52,785 nt of DNA from a virus (lineage: Duplodnaviria > Caudoviricetes): positions 1 to 52,785 of the IMG/VR virus record IMGVR_UViG_3300048837_000489, one strand, 5' to 3'. Each line of letters begins with the position of its first letter. Position 1 is the stretch's first letter. Below the pieces are notes generated by a model that had not been told where the DNA came from, searched no databases, and saw only the letters and a list, made by a program, of their open reading frames with translations. Shown here in pieces: positions 17,651 to 26,086 of this stretch. The position numbers were made by a program, and so were the translations under genes.

Positions 17651-20332
17651 CTAAAACCTAACCCCAGGAATCCCCTGCGGCTCCCAAAACGCATGGTCCA
17701 CCGCCACCGTCCCACTCCCGCCCGCCGTAACCTCAATCGCGGCGTAACTCGCCATATCCACCTGGTCGCACGTCTCCTCGTCCAACCCCTGCCAGCTAAG
17801 CCACTCGGCCTCTAGCGGCTGCTTCCATCCCGCGTCGTACTTCGGCAGAAACACCTCGCCGCGCTCCATCATGTTAAGCAGCGGCGCGGCCCGCGTCACC
17901 TTGTCCTTGCCGCCGGTGGCCGTGGTGCTGATCGGTAACTCGCCTTGGAGCATCGACACCGCCGCTTCGCCGTACTTCTCGTTCTCAATCAAGATTCGCG
18001 TCGGCTTCCATTCCTTGTGAATGTTGCGGATTCCTTGGAGCAAGCCAGGGAAATCTACCCTCGCTCGCCAGACGTGCCGGAGGATCAATTTCCTACCGAA
18101 TCGCGACGGCGGTTGATCCCAAACGCCCGCTACAGTCCAAGAGTGCGGCTTCCCCTTCGATTCCTTCGCCTTCTCGGCCGACGTGCCAGCCGGGTCGATG
18201 GTGATGAAGCGGCGGCAGTCGCGTTGGTCGATGAGTGCGATTACGTTTCCGCCGGAGTCGCGCGGCTCGATGTAATCGCCTTTCATGGTGAAGTATCGGA
18301 GCCATTCGTATTTGATGAGCCCGGCCACCGAAACAGACCAGTCGCCGTTCATCAATCGCAGGCGAGTAACCGGCGGAAGGTGGGACAGGTTTTTTGAATA
18401 CTCATCTTCATTGATCGCGGGGTTGTCCTTGATCTTCGAAGGCACAAACGCTCGCCCTTCCTGGAAGTACAAATCCTTGGGATTCCCCTCAAGCAAATCC
18501 TTTTCAGCTTCTGGCGAAATGAACCGGCCTTTCACAAACGCATGGCCCGCATTGCCAGGGTTCGAAGCGGATCGCACGCGGAGCGGTATCGGGTTGTCCT
18601 CTGTTTTTCGCAGGCGGGAGAACATGAAGAGGTAAACATTCGCGTCGTTCGCTTCGCCGTTTTGCTCGGATGGTAACGCGAATTCGGTTAGCTCGTCCCA
18701 GCCGATGAATTGAAACTCGGACGATGCGTAGCGGAACCGATCATCCGGGTTGTCGATGTAGCCGAACTGGATGATAGCGCCGGAGGGGAAGCGAAACATT
18801 TTCCGCGATTCGTTCCACTCCGCATCGCTGTTGTAAAGCCACGCCTTGGCGCGATCCATGATGCTGCCAGGGAGGGATAACCGTGGGAAGTCGCGGCGAA
18901 GGATGAGTGCGGCGTAGTTGGGGAGGTGCGCGTATTCGAGCGCTGCCATGAGGAGCGTATCGCTGTTGTGCGTCGGTATCATCGACCGGCCAGCAAGGTA
19001 GCAGTGCGATGGAGAATCGACTTGCACGCAGCGAACTGGAACCGATGGAACGCGAGTCACTTTTGTGATGTATCGGACAGAATGAGTGCCGCGGTAGCCG
19101 GATAGCTTTTGCCTTTCGAGTTTTCTTTGCAGGCGAAAGGCTGGTTTTTCCGCAACAAACTTAATTCTCCATTTCGGCCCAATCACTCGCCCGTTTAATT
19201 TGGCAACACCCTCTTTCGCATTAGCCTTGATTCCAAGCGATAGGATCAATTCCAAAACGCCATCGCGAAGTACTGGCGATGTTGTCGTGAATTCGCAATG
19301 GCCTTTCACGCAGGCATGGCCATCGGTATCCATGAGCCCTTGCAGAAGTGCCCAGCGATCATCTTCGCACGCGCGTAGATACTGCTCTGGAATGTGCTTG
19401 TTTTTCAAAAGACCTGTGATTCTCAAGGGGCGATACAGACCGAGGATTCCATAACCATAAGTACTTGAATGTTTAGTGACTTCATGGCCATGCTTGCGAA
19501 TTTCATCTATCAATTCTGGATCGTTGCAAGTGAATCCTGCACCGATGCTATGTCCATCGCCGAGCCACGCGCCAAGAACGTAGGGGTGAATCGGAAGATC
19601 GGACGTTGGCAACTGAAGAGCGCCGGCAACTTTTACGCTGTGATTCGTGCGGCCGTTATGGGTCAGTGTTTCAAGAATTTCGCAAGTCGTTTTCGGCGAT
19701 GACGTTGGCGGTTCTAAGACGGCATGTTCAATAGCTTGGTTGCGTTCGATCACCCAAGGCTTTTTTCCTGTCGATCTCGATTTGCGGATAGCCCTTCTCT
19801 TTGCACGGTACTCATCGGTTCGCCTGGTCGCTGCGTTTCTGTCCGCAAGTGTCAATGTGCTCCAAAGGTGTCCGCCATCGGCGATGATCGTGGAACCGTC
19901 CGAAAACTCCACTTCGAAGCAAGAGTTGTTGTGCATCACCTCAGAGCAGGCGAGCACCTCGCAAGGATTGCCGTCGTCGGCAAATAGAATATCACCCGGC
20001 TTCACGTCGCCCATTTGCACCCAGCCAGTAGGCGTCGGGAGCCAAGTATCGACGGCTAAGGCTTTCCCGCCTCCAGCCGCGCCGCCGAAGAATGCCTCTT
20101 GGTCGTCGATGTCGAGGAATAACTGCTGCTTCGGCCAGGGTTTATGAGGAGCGTACTTCGCCGTTCCCGTCACTCCCCTAGGAGCCAGCTTCGCCCGCGC
20201 CTCCATCTGCCGAATGATCGATTCCTGCTGGTCGATAGTGAACTGCTTCAACCACTCGTCTAGCTCGGATTTCTTCAGCGATAGCAGCAAGTTCAGCTTG
20301 CTGTTGCGCAGCTTCCACGGTGATGTTGACAT
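17651..20332 (-). CDS. terL: Terminase large subunit with an intein in Walker A (start uncertain)
   Basis: FFGGAAGGGK|SD Walker A, FIGWDELTEF Walker B, SASNPG motif III, and nuclease motifs ITIDPA and CDQVD. Confidence 0.93.
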   Translation of the reverse strand: MSTSPWKLRNSKLNLLLSLKKSELDEWLKQFTIDQQESIIRQMEARAKLAPRGVTGTAKYAPHKPWPKQQLFLDIDDQEAFFGGAAGGGKALAVDTWLPTPTGWVQMGDVKPGDILFADDGNPCEVLACSEVMHNNSCFEVEFSDGSTIIADGGHLWSTLTLADRNAATRRTDEYRAKRRAIRKSRSTGKKPWVIERNQAIEHAVLEPPTSSPKTTCEILETLTHNGRTNHSVKVAGALQLPTSDLPIHPYVLGAWLGDGHSIGAGFTCNDPELIDEIRKHGHEVTKHSSTYGYGILGLYRPLRITGLLKNKHIPEQYLRACEDDRWALLQGLMDTDGHACVKGHCEFTTTSPVLRDGVLELILSLGIKANAKEGVAKLNGRVIGPKWRIKFVAEKPAFRLQRKLERQKLSGYRGTHSVRYITKVTRVPSVPVRCVQVDSPSHCYLAGRSMIPTHNSDTLLMAALEYAHLPNYAALILRRDFPRLSLPGSIMDRAKAWLYNSDAEWNESRKMFRFPSGAIIQFGYIDNPDDRFRYASSEFQFIGWDELTEFALPSEQNGEANDANVYLFMFSRLRKTEDNPIPLRVRSASNPGNAGHAFVKGRFISPEAEKDLLEGNPKDLYFQEGRAFVPSKIKDNPAINEDEYSKNLSHLPPVTRLRLMNGDWSVSVAGLIKYEWLRYFTMKGDYIEPRDSGGNVIALIDQRDCRRFITIDPAGTSAEKAKESKGKPHSWTVAGVWDQPPSRFGRKLILRHVWRARVDFPGLLQGIRNIHKEWKPTRILIENEKYGEAAVSMLQGELPISTTATGGKDKVTRAAPLLNMMERGEVFLPKYDAGWKQPLEAEWLSWQGLDEETCDQVDMASYAAIEVTAGGSGTVAVDHAFWEPQGIPGVRF
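18965..20062 (-). mobile_element. Class 3 intein (366 aa) with a LAGLIDADG homing endonuclease
   Basis: Begins ALAVDT and ends PTHN before Ser+1. WCT triad: GHLW, VRCVQV, PTHN. Dodecapeptides YVLGAWLGDG and LLQGLMDTDG. Confidence 0.9.
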
Positions 20333-20720
20333 TGATATTCGTACCCGAATTTTCCTTGCTCTCCGCTGCCGTCTCGCGGTGAATGTTCAATTTGTCGGCG
20401 GCAATAATGACCCGCGCGGCGGCGATCTGCGTTTTCGGGCATCCCTCATTAACGGCCGCTTCCATCTTCTCAACGATCGCGCGCCGCAGGCTGTTTTTGA
20501 TCGGCCATTTGTGCTTGACGGCCCGCTCGATCATCTTGGAATCGCTGCGAGAAATGACGGCCGGTTCGGCGAGTACCTCATCGACGGCAGGCGTCGGCTT
20601 CGTCTCATCCCCTGGCGGCAATTCCGGTTCAGGCTTTCGCGGTCGACCGGCGCCAGGACGTAGGCCACCGCGTCCCGGCCCATTGGTAGGTTTCGGTTTC
20701 TTTTTTCGTCGCCTGCTCAT
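20178..20720 (-). CDS. Putative terminase small subunit
   Basis: GRGGLRPGAGRPRK N-terminus and helical body; overlaps the terL start. Confidence 0.65.
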   Translation of the reverse strand: MSRRRKKKPKPTNGPGRGGLRPGAGRPRKPEPELPPGDETKPTPAVDEVLAEPAVISRSDSKMIERAVKHKWPIKNSLRRAIVEKMEAAVNEGCPKTQIAAARVIIAADKLNIHRETAAESKENSGTNINVNITVEAAQQQAELAAIAEEIRARRVVEAVHYRPAGIDHSADGGAGEAGS

Positions 20721-20722
20721 TC

Positions 20723-21025
20723 CTACTCCCTCACCGCCACATTCCCCAACTTCACCTGCTGCATAATCTCACACTCCACGCAAACGCCCGTCACCGCCAT
20801 CAGCCACATATGATCGCCGCACCGAGGGCAGCGCCGGCCGTTTCCGCGCGAGAGTCGGAGCGAGTCGATCGTGAGCGCTGGCGCGGCTTGGCGCGGCGGG
20901 TCGGTTCGCTTCCGCCATCGCAGAACGGTCGAGTGATGCACGCCGACGATTTCCGCCGCTTGCCGGATTGATAGATGGGCGAGCTTCTTTGCCTGCTCGA
21001 ATTTGCTGTGCGCGTGTGCCACCAC
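20723..21025 (-). CDS. HTH protein with a C-terminal zinc ribbon
   Basis: SIRQAAEIVGVHHSTVLRW; CPRC...CVEC. Confidence 0.75.
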   Translation of the reverse strand: MVAHAHSKFEQAKKLAHLSIRQAAEIVGVHHSTVLRWRKRTDPPRQAAPALTIDSLRLSRGNGRRCPRCGDHMWLMAVTGVCVECEIMQQVKLGNVAVRE

Positions 21026-21052
21026 CCCAGATTCCTTTCGCTAGTTGCTCTC

Positions 21053-21403
21053 CTACATCCCACCCCGCACCCGCGCCGTGTATTCGAGTACTCGCAAGTC
21101 TTTGCGACCGCTCCCGGCGTCGACGTGGATGCGGAGGAAATACTTCGTACCCACTGTCAGCCCCACCGTCGCCGCATCGTCGAGAATCCCGCGGTACTCG
21201 CCGTTTGACCCAGTGATGTAGCTGGCCGTGCCGCTGGTGTCGGCGATCGCGCCGGTTCCCGCGACGGCCGCCGCCTGCGTGGTGTGAAGGGAAAACGTCA
21301 CGGTGGCATCGTTGATGTAGGTGTCGAGCGCGTCATCGGCGCGGAGACCCTTGAGCCAGATGGCGTTGTCGGAGCCGACGAAAATGGGGTCGTTTTTGAG
21401 CAT
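21053..21403 (-). CDS. Hypothetical Ig-like virion protein
   Basis: Beta-rich 116 aa ORF with operon-like codon usage. Confidence 0.55.
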   Translation of the reverse strand: MLKNDPIFVGSDNAIWLKGLRADDALDTYINDATVTFSLHTTQAAAVAGTGAIADTSGTASYITGSNGEYRGILDDAATVGLTVGTKYFLRIHVDAGSGRKDLRVLEYTARVRGGM

Positions 21404-21406
21404 TGG

Positions 21407-21643
21407 TTATTCGTTTTCTAAGTTTGAGTACCTTGAAAACTCTCGTATGGATTCGCTCATATTCACTGCTCTATGCGAAAACATTAATTCTTTGAGTTCG
21501 CGAGGTGTTAAATGCCTTCGAAGTAGCAACAAGTTTCTTACTGTTCTCACTTGTGATTTCGGATCAAGCCTATTGCGAAATCTGCTTTGAAATCGCGTGA
21601 TTTGATTGCAGAACCTATATTGAAATGCAGTTTGCCTTGCCAT
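21407..21643 (-). CDS. Hypothetical basic protein (AT-rich insert)
   Basis: 78 aa ORF filling the gap; low GC. Confidence 0.4.
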   Translation of the reverse strand: MARQTAFQYRFCNQITRFQSRFRNRLDPKSQVRTVRNLLLLRRHLTPRELKELMFSHRAVNMSESIREFSRYSNLENE

Positions 21644-21655
21644 AACCCACGCTCG

Positions 21656-22495
21656 CTAAAACTTCTCAACCGTCCCCACCAACCCTGGCTGCACATTCGC
21701 CGTTGCTACCAGGGAGGAAGTTTGCCCGGCCGTCGCGCGGAGTGCTGGCGAGACGTAGGCGGTGTAGATGAGGTGGGAGCCGCCGGGAACTTCGTCAATC
21801 AACACCCCGCTCACCGTAAACGTCAGCGTCGTCGCTCCGCTCATCGCCCCCGCGCCAACCAGCACGCCAGCGGTCGAGAACGTGATTCCCGTCGATCCGG
21901 CCAGCGCTCCCGTCCCCTGGAGGCTTCCCGCGGTGCTGAACGTCAAATCCGTCGAACCGCTCGCAAATGCAAACCCGTCGATGCTGCCAGAGGTGCTAAA
22001 CGTGAGCGAAGTTGATCCGGCCAACTCGCCTGCGCCGCGCAGAATCCCCGCCGTCGAAAACGTGAGTGACGTACTGCCGCTGATAGCTCCAGCCGTCAGG
22101 TTTTCGAGCGTGCCAGCCAGGGCGAAGGTGATCGAGGTCGCACCCGATAATGCACCCGCCCCAGTCAACGTCCCGCTGGGTGAAAACGTGAGCGTCGTAG
22201 CGCCGGCCATCGCTCCGGCCCCGGTCAGGCTGCCAGAGGGTGCAAATGTCAGCGAGGTTGCGCCGGCGAGTGCTCCCGCGCCAGTTAGCACCCCCGCCGT
22301 CGTGAAGGTGAGAGAGGATGTGCCCGTGAGCGCACCAGCGCCAAGCAGCGTTCCCGATGGTGAAAACGTGAGCGATGAACTGCCCGCCAATGCTCCGCTA
22401 CCAACGAGCGTACCGGCGGTGCTGAAGGTCAGCGAAGTGCTGCCCGTCATGTCGCCGGATAAGGCAGTCGGTTTTGTGAGCCAGTATTGGAGCAT
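21656..22495 (-). CDS. Repeat-rich putative virion fibre protein (~20-aa GxxSLTFSxxGxLxGxGALA units)
   Basis: About 11 imperfect 20-aa repeats visible in the translation. Confidence 0.7.
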   Translation of the reverse strand: MLQYWLTKPTALSGDMTGSTSLTFSTAGTLVGSGALAGSSSLTFSPSGTLLGAGALTGTSSLTFTTAGVLTGAGALAGATSLTFAPSGSLTGAGAMAGATTLTFSPSGTLTGAGALSGATSITFALAGTLENLTAGAISGSTSLTFSTAGILRGAGELAGSTSLTFSTSGSIDGFAFASGSTDLTFSTAGSLQGTGALAGSTGITFSTAGVLVGAGAMSGATTLTFTVSGVLIDEVPGGSHLIYTAYVSPALRATAGQTSSLVATANVQPGLVGTVEKF

Positions 22496-22534
22496 TGGGT
22501 TTCAATTGGCGGTGATTTCCTTCACCTGGCAGCG

Positions 22535-22975
22535 CTATTGTACGTCCACATCCAACTCACCAATCGCAAAGCTCGGCGTAATCCCCGCGCTCACATTCAG
22601 CGTTGCCGATAGCGCTCCCTTGAACAGCAAGTTCCCCGCACCGCTGGAAGCCGTGCCGATGCCGAAATGGGTAATGGCGTTGCTGCCGCCAGTTGCCGCT
22701 GGAAACGTGACCGCTGCCGCATTGCTGGCGTTGTTTCCAGAGACAGTCCAGGCCGAACCGCTCCGCGCGATCGCCACGCGAGCGTAGGACGTGTAAGTCG
22801 CCTCGCTGGTAGTCTGATCGCCGGTTTCGCCTGGATCGCCAGTATGCAGTGAAATGTAAAGGCTGCCGGCGGTGGACGATCCACGCAGGCCGGTCGCATC
22901 GCCGATGTTGGCGATGTTCGCGTTGTTGAGGATGAGTCCGAGAATGGACGTTTCGAAAGCGTTGGTTGCGGACAT
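22535..22975 (-). CDS. Conserved phage structural protein (fibre-associated family)
   Basis: LYISLHTGDPGE...YARVAI...NAAAVTFP...ITHFGI motif set, common in phage virion modules. Confidence 0.75.
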   Translation of the reverse strand: MSATNAFETSILGLILNNANIANIGDATGLRGSSTAGSLYISLHTGDPGETGDQTTSEATYTSYARVAIARSGSAWTVSGNNASNAAAVTFPAATGGSNAITHFGIGTASSGAGNLLFKGALSATLNVSAGITPSFAIGELDVDVQ

Positions 22976-22993
22976 GAAAATAGTTCCTTATGT

Positions 22994-24076
22994 TTAGACT
23001 GCCCTACCTAAGATGATGTAGGTTGAGGTATTGTCTGGATTCGTCACCCAGTTCGAATCGAGCGTGGCCACTTTCGTTGAGCCAACGTAATTCGTAATCT
23101 TGCGTGTCTGCCCTACGCCAGTGCCGCCAGTGAGCGTGACGTATGCCCCGTTGTAGTAATCGTCGGTTGCGACTGCACCGCTGCGTAGCGTGATGGTTCC
23201 AGCCGCTCCGGCCTGCGCCGTCCCAACATCGTCAGTGAAGATGGCGACGACGGAATCGCGGATCGCTGTATTGCCTGCGGTTGATAGAGCCAGTGCCGTT
23301 AGGTGATCTCCGGTTCCGCCTGCCTCTGTAAGATTTGTTCCATCTGCGATATGATCTCGTAACGCCTGCAATGAATCCGTCGAGCGGTCGAAAGTCGCGG
23401 TTCCATTGTCGGCTATGTCTTGCAAGTTAGCCGCGATCGTACTTGTGCCGCTGCCGAAATCGGTTGGCGTGCCGATGGTATTCGTGAGCGTCGAAATTGA
23501 ATTCGCGATACTCGTTTGATTCGCTTCCGTGCCTAGTCCATTTTGGATCGCGGATAATACGGCACTATCCTGGGAAGCAACATGAGCCTGAACGTAGGTG
23601 CTGCTTAGGTCGGCAGGCGCCGAGCCTTTCCAGTTGACGACATTCACGCCTAGTTGCGCCGCCGAGGTGTTGAGTGCACTCCCGGCGAGGTGTGTCGTGT
23701 TTACCTCCGGCCGCCCACTGGCAAACGCGCCAGCCGTGCCGCCGAAGTCTCTCACGCTCGCCCGTAGTTCCGCATCTTCCGCCGGATAAATCACAATGGT
23801 CGTCGTCTTAGCGTCCGTTGTGCTCGTCTTAACGATGATTGCCACGGTGTCGGCGTTCATCTCGGTGCTGGTCAGGTCGAGATAATACATTCCGCTGCTG
23901 GTGGCAATCTCCGTCGCTTCATTCGTGCAATCGGCGAACGTGCCACCGTCTTTGCTGACCTCGCTATCGAGTCCCGCCGCTCCGGTTACGAGGTCGCCGT
24001 CGTTGTCCAGAATTGGAAACGTGACGCGAAAGGCGACGTTTTTTCGCGGGATAGGAAGTGCGTCGGTAGATGCCAT
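22994..24076 (-). CDS. Putative virion/fibre protein
   Basis: Ig-like N-terminus; C-terminal DDYYNG...GGTGVGQTRKITNY domain. Confidence 0.65.
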   Translation of the reverse strand: MASTDALPIPRKNVAFRVTFPILDNDGDLVTGAAGLDSEVSKDGGTFADCTNEATEIATSSGMYYLDLTSTEMNADTVAIIVKTSTTDAKTTTIVIYPAEDAELRASVRDFGGTAGAFASGRPEVNTTHLAGSALNTSAAQLGVNVVNWKGSAPADLSSTYVQAHVASQDSAVLSAIQNGLGTEANQTSIANSISTLTNTIGTPTDFGSGTSTIAANLQDIADNGTATFDRSTDSLQALRDHIADGTNLTEAGGTGDHLTALALSTAGNTAIRDSVVAIFTDDVGTAQAGAAGTITLRSGAVATDDYYNGAYVTLTGGTGVGQTRKITNYVGSTKVATLDSNWVTNPDNTSTYIILGRAV

Positions 24077-24088
24077 GTTCGATTGTCC

Positions 24089-24865
24089 TTATCTGCCGAT
24101 GCGAATAAACCGATTGTTGCCGTGCATGTAAGGGATGTTTTGAGCGTACTTCGTCAACCGACTCGCCGCTCCCCCGCCGCCGCCGCCTGTGATGTCCGCG
24201 TAGCTCATGCCGCTGCCGCTGTTGTACAGTTCGGTGATTTCGTCCGCAGTGAGCAATCGTGACCAATATCCCCACTCGTCCAGTAATCCGTTTAGATTGC
24301 CACTGCTGCCATTTCGCCCTAGCTCGAAAACAGACGAACTGGCAAACAAGCCCCCGGAATGCGATGCAGTGGCGGGTGTGCCGCCATTCACAGACAAACT
24401 GATTTGATTCGCTGCTGCGTCGTGGCGACACACAATAAAATACCAAACCCCCGTCGATGCTGTTCCGCTCCAGTCGAGGCCGGTAAGTGTGCTGGATGTC
24501 CCGTCTGATGATACTTGAAAAGTAAATGTGAACCTGAATCCGTTTGAGCCCGCAAGGATTCTAAACGACCTTTGGTTGCCGCTAGTTACATATTTCCCAA
24601 GCACTCCGTATGGTGAAGCATCGGAATTAACTCGCACCCATCCCGCCAGTGTCGCATCTGCATCTCCTATCTGCACTACAGAACTTGAAGATGCTACAAA
24701 CCGTCCACTGGACGAACTGAACGTGCCTCTTGCATTACCAACCCTGCCTGTCGCTGTTCCGACCGTGTTGATTTCCGTCAGGTTGTTGCTGCCGTGAGCA
24801 TCTAGCGCATTGCCGGATGCTTCATCGAGTGACCAATAGCTGACGAGATTATCGGACAGGGCCAC
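24089..24865 (-). CDS. LamG/concanavalin A-like lectin domain protein
   Basis: LVSYWSLDE, TLAGWV, WYFIV, LSVNG and GLLDEWGYWSRLLTADEITELYN motifs. Confidence 0.85.
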   Translation of the reverse strand: MALSDNLVSYWSLDEASGNALDAHGSNNLTEINTVGTATGRVGNARGTFSSSSGRFVASSSSVVQIGDADATLAGWVRVNSDASPYGVLGKYVTSGNQRSFRILAGSNGFRFTFTFQVSSDGTSSTLTGLDWSGTASTGVWYFIVCRHDAAANQISLSVNGGTPATASHSGGLFASSSVFELGRNGSSGNLNGLLDEWGYWSRLLTADEITELYNSGSGMSYADITGGGGGGAASRLTKYAQNIPYMHGNNRFIRIGR

Positions 24866-24868
24866 GGC

Positions 24869-25183
24869 TTAGCCTCGCAACTTGGCAAACAGTTGATCTC
24901 TCGCCGCACGCACAAACGACACTGAGCCATCACCGCTCGTCTTGCTGTAAGCCGAATCGAGTTCGTCGAACGCCTCTTTCGCCTTGATATTGCTGACGAA
25001 CCCAAATCGCGATGTGACTTCGGCGTAATGCGCCGCGTCGGTTCCGTCTCCGTCTCGCATTTGAATCATCACGTCGCGAACGTCTTTCATCAGGTCGTCA
25101 GCTTCTTCTGACATTTGGAGCATCCGACGAAGCAAACGCCCGTATTGGGTCTGGTCATTGAAATGGATGTGATTGAATGCCAC
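24869..25183 (-). CDS. Hypothetical helical protein
   Basis: 104 aa ORF with an upstream AGGAG. Confidence 0.65.
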   Translation of the reverse strand: MAFNHIHFNDQTQYGRLLRRMLQMSEEADDLMKDVRDVMIQMRDGDGTDAAHYAEVTSRFGFVSNIKAKEAFDELDSAYSKTSGDGSVSFVRAARDQLFAKLRG

Positions 25184-25184
25184 A

Positions 25185-25556
25185 CTATTTCTCCTTGTAA
25201 AACTTCACCAACCCCCTTCTCTCCTCAACCGGCAACCGCTGCCGATCTCTCATTTCCCTATCGCACTGCGAATGAACCGTCCGCACCCGCTCCGCCACAA
25301 TCCGCCGCATCACCTGCCCATCCCACCGCAGCATGTCGCCGCTGAATGAATCGTCTTTGAGCAGCCACCAGCAGCGGACTTCTTCGCGGGAGGTGGCTCG
25401 GTTGAATTGCCAGATGATGATTTGTCGGAATGTCTCCTTGCCGTTTTCGTCGTAGATGATGTTCTGTTCGGCTGTCTCCACGCGGCTTGTCAGCGGGAGG
25501 TCTAGCGGCACTATCGCGAGCATCAGGGCTGCCAGGGTTGGGATGAATCCATTCAC
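25185..25556 (-). CDS. Hypothetical secreted protein
   Basis: Hydrophobic N-terminus; GAGGTG upstream. Confidence 0.6.
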   Translation of the reverse strand: MNGFIPTLAALMLAIVPLDLPLTSRVETAEQNIIYDENGKETFRQIIIWQFNRATSREEVRCWWLLKDDSFSGDMLRWDGQVMRRIVAERVRTVHSQCDREMRDRQRLPVEERRGLVKFYKEK

Positions 25557-25570
25557 GTCGTCACCTCAAA

Positions 25571-25641
25571 CAGCGGCGGTGGGAGTCGAACCCACTCGGA
25601 CGGGATTGAAAGCCCGCTGCGGTCCCCATCGCTTCGCCGCC
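25571..25641 (-). tRNA. Atypical tRNA-like gene with an 8-nt anticodon loop (CUUUCAAU)
   Basis: GGCGGCG AA GCG-ATGGGGAC-CGC A GCGGG-CTTTCAAT-CCCGT CCGA GTGGG-TTCGACT-CCCAC CGCCGCT G. Full cloverleaf with a perfect T-arm; A at position 8; no encoded CCA. Confidence 0.8.
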
Positions 25642-25648
25642 TGGTCGA

Positions 25649-25996
25649 TTATCGTTCGAGCCAATCTTTCACGTCTTGCTCTTTGGTCTTGTACCAGAAG
25701 CCGGTAAGCTTCTTCGTTAATCGCACACGATCAACGGGCGATGCCGTCGTCAACTTTTGCTCAACCGACTTGTACGCTCGCCCTCGCAGGAATGCTAACG
25801 CGAGATGGGCGTATCGGGCTTCCTCTCGCAATCGTCCGCGTCGATGCACTGCCAAGCAATCGCGGTATGCCGGTCCACAGCGTGCCGACTCTTGGCGGTT
25901 CAGTCGCGCTTCGGCAGCGAGCGACTTGACGTTGACTCGCGCCTTGTGGATTCCTGCTATTTTTGCTTCGTAGATGAATTCTTTGCGTTGCAACAT
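25649..25996 (-). CDS. Basic hypothetical protein (KSLAAEAR...HR...REEAR...LAFLRG..Y..VE)
   Basis: ATG at 25996 with AGGA 9 nt upstream; 115 aa; ends 7 nt before the tRNA-like gene. Confidence 0.75.
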   Translation of the reverse strand: MLQRKEFIYEAKIAGIHKARVNVKSLAAEARLNRQESARCGPAYRDCLAVHRRGRLREEARYAHLALAFLRGRAYKSVEQKLTTASPVDRVRLTKKLTGFWYKTKEQDVKDWLER

Positions 25997-26006
25997 TGGT
26001 TCGGTT

Positions 26007-26086
26007 CCTGAATGGGGTTTGGTTGAAAGTACGTCAGCATTCAGGGTGCTAGGGTGGTCTGCATTCACAACATGGGTTAACTCCTC
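26007..26086 (-). promoter_or_regulatory. Leader with a mini-ORF and an RBS-sequestering hairpin (candidate translational attenuator)
   Basis: GAGGAG-7nt-ATG TTG TGA A TGC AGA CCA CCC TAG. CCTGAATG (26045-26038) pairs with CATTCAGG (26014-26007), which overlaps the downstream SD. Confidence 0.65.

Noticed and set aside
21768-22787. 339-aa + strand ORF (similarly 3104-4063, 28750-29703 and 14286-15023)
   Set aside because: Antisense shadows of well-supported minus-strand genes in GC-rich DNA.
21053-25183. Diversity-generating retroelement or invertible fibre cassette
   Set aside because: No reverse transcriptase, TR/VR pair, serine invertase or flanking inverted sites were seen in the window.
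25997-26068. GTG start at 26068 for the 139-aa ORF in the track
   Set aside because: The strong SD is spaced for the ATG at 26073 in another frame, and the ATG at 25996 has its own SD. The open upstream frame is kept only as a possible frameshift route.
26043-26073. Simple triplet UGA read-through (Sec/Trp suppressor) of the leader
   Set aside because: Frame 0 read-through meets a second UGA at 26043 and never joins the downstream gene. The tRNA lacks the long variable arm of tRNA-Sec.
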